DNA of 64,000 nt from an uncultured archaeon (lineage in GTDB: Archaea > Micrarchaeota > Micrarchaeia > Micrarchaeales > CABMGC01), in the NCBI GenBank assembly GCA_963787445.1, contig CAWBCT010000005.1, positions 64,001 through 128,000 on the forward strand, given 5' to 3'. A program made the position numbers and the translations under genes. The notes beneath the pieces were generated by a model. It had not been told where the DNA came from. It did no database searches and saw only the letters and a list, made by a program, of their open reading frames with translations. Below are positions 53,601 to 59,600 of this stretch, piece by piece; within the stretch, counting starts at the first letter, position 1, and each line of letters begins with the position of its first letter.

Positions 53601-56600
53601 AGTTACTGAGTTGTAGACTAGGAAGTTGTAGGTGTAGGATCCTGTGCCGCCGGAGGCGGAGGCGGTGAAGATGATGGAGGTTCCTTGATCGTAGTTGGCG
53701 TTAGAGGATGGGGTGATGGTCGGGGTGTTGAGAGAGGTGAAGACTGTGAAGGTTCCGGAGTGGATTGAATTGACTGTTACCTGATTTGCGGAGGTGTCGA
53801 TGACGAAGACGTTTGCGACTAATGTGTTTCCGGCGTTCGCGGAGTTGACTGGGAAGGCGTAGGTGGTTCCTGACTGGCCGCCGGACATTCCGACCAGGGT
53901 ATTGGTGACTGAGTTGTAGACTAGGAAGTTGTAGGTGTAACTGCCGGTACCGCCGGAAGCAGAGGCGGTGAAGATGATGGAGGTTCCTTGATCGTAGTTG
54001 GCGTTACTGGATGGGGTGATGGTCGGGGTTCCGAGTGTGGTTTTCACTGTGAGGACTCCTGAGAGTATAGAGTTCACCACCACCTGGTTTGCGGAGGTGT
54101 CGATGACGAAGACGTTTGCGACTAATGTGTTGCCGGCGTTCGCGGAGTTGACTGGGAAGGCGTAGGTGGTTCCTGACTGGCCGCCGGACATTCCGACCAG
54201 AGTGTTAGTTACTGAGTTGTAGACTAAGAAGTTGTAGGTGTAGGATCCTGTGCCGCCGGAGGCGGAGGCGGTGAAGATGATGGAGGTTCCTTGATCGTAG
54301 TTGGCGTTAGAGGATGGGGTGATGGTCGGGGTGTTGAGAGAGGTGAAGACTGTGAAGGTTCCGGAGTGGATTGAATTGACTGTTACCTGGTTTGCGGAGG
54401 TGTCGATGACGAAGACGTTTGCGACTAATGTGTTTCCGGCGTTCGCGGAGTTGACTGGGAAGGCGTAGGTGGTTCCTGACTGGCCTCCGGAAGTTCCTAC
54501 CAAAGTGTTAGTGACCGAGTTATACACGAAGAAGTTGTAGGTGTAACTGCCGGTGCCGCCGGAGGCGGAGGCGGTGAAGAGTATACTCGTGCCCTGGTCA
54601 TAGTTGGCGTTACTGGAGGGGGTTAGGGTTGGGGTACCAAGTGTAGATTTCACGGTGAAGACGCCTGATTTTATGGAGTTGACCGTTACCTGGTTGGCGG
54701 AGGTGTCGATGACGAAGACGTTGGCGACTAATGTGTTTCCGGCGTTCGCGGAGTTGACTGGGAAGGCGTAGGTGGTTCCTGACTGGCCGCCGGACATTCC
54801 GACCAGAGTATTGGTGACTGAGTTGTAGACTAGGAAGTTGTAGGTGTAACTGCCGGTGCCGCCGGAGGCGGAGGCGGTGAAGATGATTGAGGTTCCTTGA
54901 TCGTAGTTGGCGTTAGAGGATGGGGCGATGGTTGGGGTGTTGAGTGAGGTAAAGACTGTGAAGACTCCTGACTTGATGGAGTTGACTGTTACCTGATTTG
55001 CGGAGGTGTCGATGACGAAGACGTTTGCGACTAATGTGTTTCCGGCGTTCGCGGAGTTGACTGGGAAGGCGTAGGTGGTTCCTGACTGGCCGCCGGAAGT
55101 TCCTACCAAAGTGTTAGTGACCGAGTTATACACAAAGAAGTTGTAGGTGTAACTGCCGGTGCCGCCGGAGGCGGAGGCGGTGAAGATGATGGAGGTTCCC
55201 TGATCGTAGTTGGCGTTAGAGGATGGGGCGATGGTTGGGGTGTTGAGTGAGGTGAAGACTGTGAAGACTCCTGACTTTATGGAGTTGACTGTTACCTGGT
55301 TTGCGGAGGTGTCGATGACGAAGACGTTTGCGACTAATGTGTTTCCGGCGTTCGCGGAGTTGACTGGGAAGGCGTAGGTTGTTCCTGACTGGCCGCCGGA
55401 CATTCCGACCAGAGTGTTAGTTACTGAGTTGTAGACTAGGAAGTTGTAGGTGTAACTGCCGGTGCCGCCGGAAGCGGAGGCGGTGAAGATGATTGAGGTT
55501 CCTTGATCGTAGTTGGCGTTACTGGATGGGGTGATGGTCGGGGTTCCGAGTGTGGTTTTCACTGTGAGGACTCCTGAGAGTATAGAGTTCACCACCACCT
55601 GGTTTGCGGAGGTGTCGGTCACGAAGACGTTCGCGACCAGGGTATTGCCGGCGTTTGCACTATTGACTGGGAAGGCGTAGGTGGTTCCTGCCTGGCCGCC
55701 GGACATTCCGACCAGGGTATTGGTGACTGAGTTGTAGACTAGGAAGTTGTAGGTGTAGGATCCTGTGCCGCCGGAAGCGGAAGCGGTGAAGATGATGGAG
55801 GTTCCCTGGTCGTAGTTGGCGTTAGAGGATGGGGTTATGGTCGGGGTGTTGAGTGAGGTGAAGACTGTGAAGACTCCTGACTTTATGGAGTTGACTGTTA
55901 CCTGGTTTGCGGAGGTGTCGATGACGAATACGTTTGCGACCAGGGTGTTGCCTGCGTTCGCGGAGTTGACTGGGAAGGCATAGGTGGTTCCTGCCTGGCC
56001 GCCGGAAGTTCCTACTAAAGTATTAGTGACCGAGTTATACACGAAGAAGTTGTAGGTGTAACTGCCTGTGCCGCCGGAGGCGGAGGCGGTGAAGATTATA
56101 CTTGTGCCCTGGTCGTAGTTGGCGTTAGAGGATGGGGTTATGGTCGGGGTACCAAGCGTAGGTTTCACGGTGAAGACTCCTGACTTTATGGAGTTGACTG
56201 TTACCTGATTTGCGGAGGTGTCGATGACGAAGACGTTCGCGACTAGAGTGTTGCCGGCGTTCGCGGAGTTGACTGGGAAGGCGTAGGTGGTTCCTGCCTG
56301 GCCGCCGGACATTCCGACCAGGGTATTGGTGACTGAGTTGTAGACTAGGAAGTTGTAGGTGTAGGATCCTGTGCCGCCGGAAGCGGAAGCGGTGAAGATG
56401 ATGGAGGTTCCCTGGTCGTAGTTGGCGTTACTGGAGGGGGTTATGGTCGGGGTGTTGAGTGAGGTGAAGACTGTGAAGACTCCGGAGTGGATGGAGTTGG
56501 TTGTTACTTGTGTCGTTGCAGTGTCGGTCACAAAGACGTTTGCAACTAAGGTATTACCTGCGTTTGCACTATTTACTGGGAAGGCGTAGGTGCTTGATGC

Positions 56601-59600
56601 CTGTGGCCCTGACATGCCTACTATCGTGTTGGTGACCGAGTTGTAGACTAGGAAGTTGTAGGTGTAACTGCCGGTGCCGCCGGAAGCGGAGGCGGTGAAG
56701 ATGATACTTGTGCCCTGGTCGTAGTTGGCGTTGGATGAGGGTGTGATGCCCGGTGTGTTGAGCGCCGAGTAGACTGTGATGGTGTAGGGTATCGTATTGA
56801 AGGTCACCGGGCTGGATGCCTGGTCTTTCGCGATCACGTTGTAGGTGTAGGTGCCTGCACCAAGGGTTGACGCGAGGACTGTGAGCACGTTTGTGGTCAG
56901 GGAGGTGTAGGGGGAGTTGGAGGAGTATACTGGTGTTCCGCCGTTATAGATTATCTGGTTGTAGGTGAACTGCGGGGTTCCGCCCGTGATTGTTGCGGTC
57001 TGGATTACGGTCTGGCCTATATCATAGGACGTTGTGCCGGGGGATGACGAGATCGACGGCGCCGTATTGACCGTTATCTGGTTTGTCCCGGTGTAGGCAA
57101 TCTCGTTGGTGGTTGCGCCGTCCACCTCCTTTACGCAGTAGTAGGTGGGGGAGGAGGGTGTGAAGGTCTGGGAGAGCCCGGTGGTCCCGGTGGTGGTGTC
57201 GGAAGTGCAGGTTGCGGAGGCTCCTGAGAACCAGGTGTAGGTGTAGCCCGGCGAGCCCGTGCTTGCGGCGGGGATGGTCAGGGTCGTGGATTGCCCGTTG
57301 TCTATCACAACATTGGAAGGGTTAGGCGTGGTTAGGGTTGAGTTGGAGCTGTAGGTCACCAGGTTGTTGATGGTCATGTAGTAGACGGAGTTGGTGGTGA
57401 CTATGTCGTTCGCCCACCTCTGCATGTTCAGGTCCATGGAGTAGGTGATCGCGTTGAGCGGAATGTTGTTGTTTGCCTGGACGAAGCCCATCTTCGCGCC
57501 GTTCAGGTAGAAGCTGGCCACGGAGTTGCTTGCGGTCCTGCTCAGCTGGACGAGGAAGTTTCCGTTGTATTGAATCGTCCCGGTCGTGCTTGCGGGGCGA
57601 AGGACCGTGTAGTTGAAGTCGCCCCCGCCCGACTGGATGTAGCCCAGCATCGAGCCGTCGGCGATCTTGACTATTATCCCGTACTGCGCTCCGGTCGCGC
57701 TGGAGGCATAGACGTCGTAGTCGTCCTCGCCGTTGGCGGCGTTATTGACTACGCCGTTGAACACCCCGTTGAACGAGTAGGCATAGATCTGGTTCGAGGT
57801 TCCGGTGTACTGGGAGTAGCTCGGCACCGCGCAGATGTTGTTTCCTGGGAAGAGCAGCGTGAACAGGGTGAGCTGGTTTGAGGAGGCGGCTCCCGAAGTT
57901 CCGGCGCAGGTGGTGGCCGCGGTGAGCATGGTGTTGGTCACGGTGGTTATTATCTGCGCGCCGTTGGCGGTGAACGGCGAGTTCTCTATGACGCTGCTGG
58001 CCCCGCTGCACACCTGGGTCTGGGTATCGGTGAGGCTGTAGGAGTAGCTGGAGGTCGTGCTGGTGTAGGGTACGGTGGGCTGCGGCTCGGAGAAGAGGGT
58101 CGTGCCTGCGCCCAGTGGTGTGCCTGCGCAGGAGGCGAATCGGTAGTAGGACATGGTATAGGGCGCAACGCCGCCGGTCGGGTTTCCTGTGAGAAGGGTG
58201 TTCTGGCCGAAGTCGACTATGGTGTTGGAGACGGTCAGGGGGTTGGCGAAGAGGGTAGAGTAGGTGAGGGTTATAGGACCAGAGCACACCGCCCCGTTTG
58301 AGGAGTCGGCGACCCGGTAGCTGTAGGTGTTGGAGGCCAGGGGCGAGGCTGCATAGGTCGGCAGGGTCGCTCCGGCTATCACGTTGGCGGCGTTGCAGGC
58401 GGGGTTGCCGGCGCTGTTCACATACCAGGTGTAGGTGTAGGGCGAGATGCCGTTGAAGGCGTGGGCGCCGATCGGATAGGGCTCGGTCTGCTGTGCGACG
58501 TAGTAGGTCGGCATGGTGTGGTAGGTGGTCAGGTTGGAGACTATCATGTAGTCAACGGAGTTGCTGCTTATCCAGCCGTTGGAGGCCCTGGCTACCCCGA
58601 TCACCGACCAGAACGAGAGCGAGTTGAGGGGGAAGGTGTTGCCGGCGTCGGCGACCGACCCGAGCAGCAGCCCATTCAGGTAGAACGAGGCCGTCGTCCT
58701 GACTCCGTTGTAGGTCAGTGCCGCGTAGAAGTTGCCAGTGTAGGAGATGGGGGAGTTGGAAGGCCCGGCGGCGTGCAGTATGGCGTACTGGAAGTCCAGG
58801 TTGTTTGACTGGAGGTAGCCCAGGAGCGAGCCGTCGGCGATCTTTGAGATGAACCCGAACTCCACGCCGTTGAAGAAGAGCGAGTTGGCCATGAAGATGT
58901 TTTCGATGTCGTTAGGCCCGGCGAGGGTGTTCGACATCCCGTTGAAGGCCCCGTTGTAGCTGAACGAGTCAAGCGGGTCAGGGCCGCCGTTGGCCCCTTG
59001 TCCGGTCATCTGGATATACTGGGCGGTGTTCGGAAGGCCGCAGACGCCGTTGTTCGGCATTATGACCTTGAACTGGTAGAGGAGCGGCGAGCTGACGTCG
59101 CCGTTGGCGCCGTTGCAGTCGGTGGAGCCGGTCATCTGGGTGCTGTTTATGAGTATGGCAGAGGTGGGAGTGTTTGCGGTGACGGCGATGTAGGCCGTTC
59201 CGATGGTTGTGTAGGGCAGGATGCCGTTCGGCGGATAGATGCGGGCGCGGGCCCAGATTATGTTCACCGCAAACGGGGTGATTGGGCCGTTGCCGCCTAT
59301 CACCAATGCAAGAGTGTTGGCTCCGACCGAGGTGACCAGCCCGTTGCCCGAGTCTGAGGTGATCACACTGTATCCTGCAGAGTAGAACTGGGTGCTGGCA
59401 GCGGGCCAGGCAACGCCTATCACGTTGGGTTGGGAGGTGACTATCCTGGTGCCGTAGACTCGGGACGCACCCGTGCTGGTATAGACTATGGCATTGACCG
59501 CGGTGAGCGCGTTGAAGCCGACGCCGTAGCCGCTGTCGAAGCCGTTGGTGCCGAACGTCGGGGTTCCAGACACGATCTCAACGCCAGGCAGCTTCAGGGC

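Noticed and set aside
41290-56760. Repeat array as CRISPR, satellite or DGR cassette
   Set aside because: The 303-bp period is in frame within one ORF, there are no unique spacers and no cas or reverse transcriptase genes, and variation is not adenine-specific.
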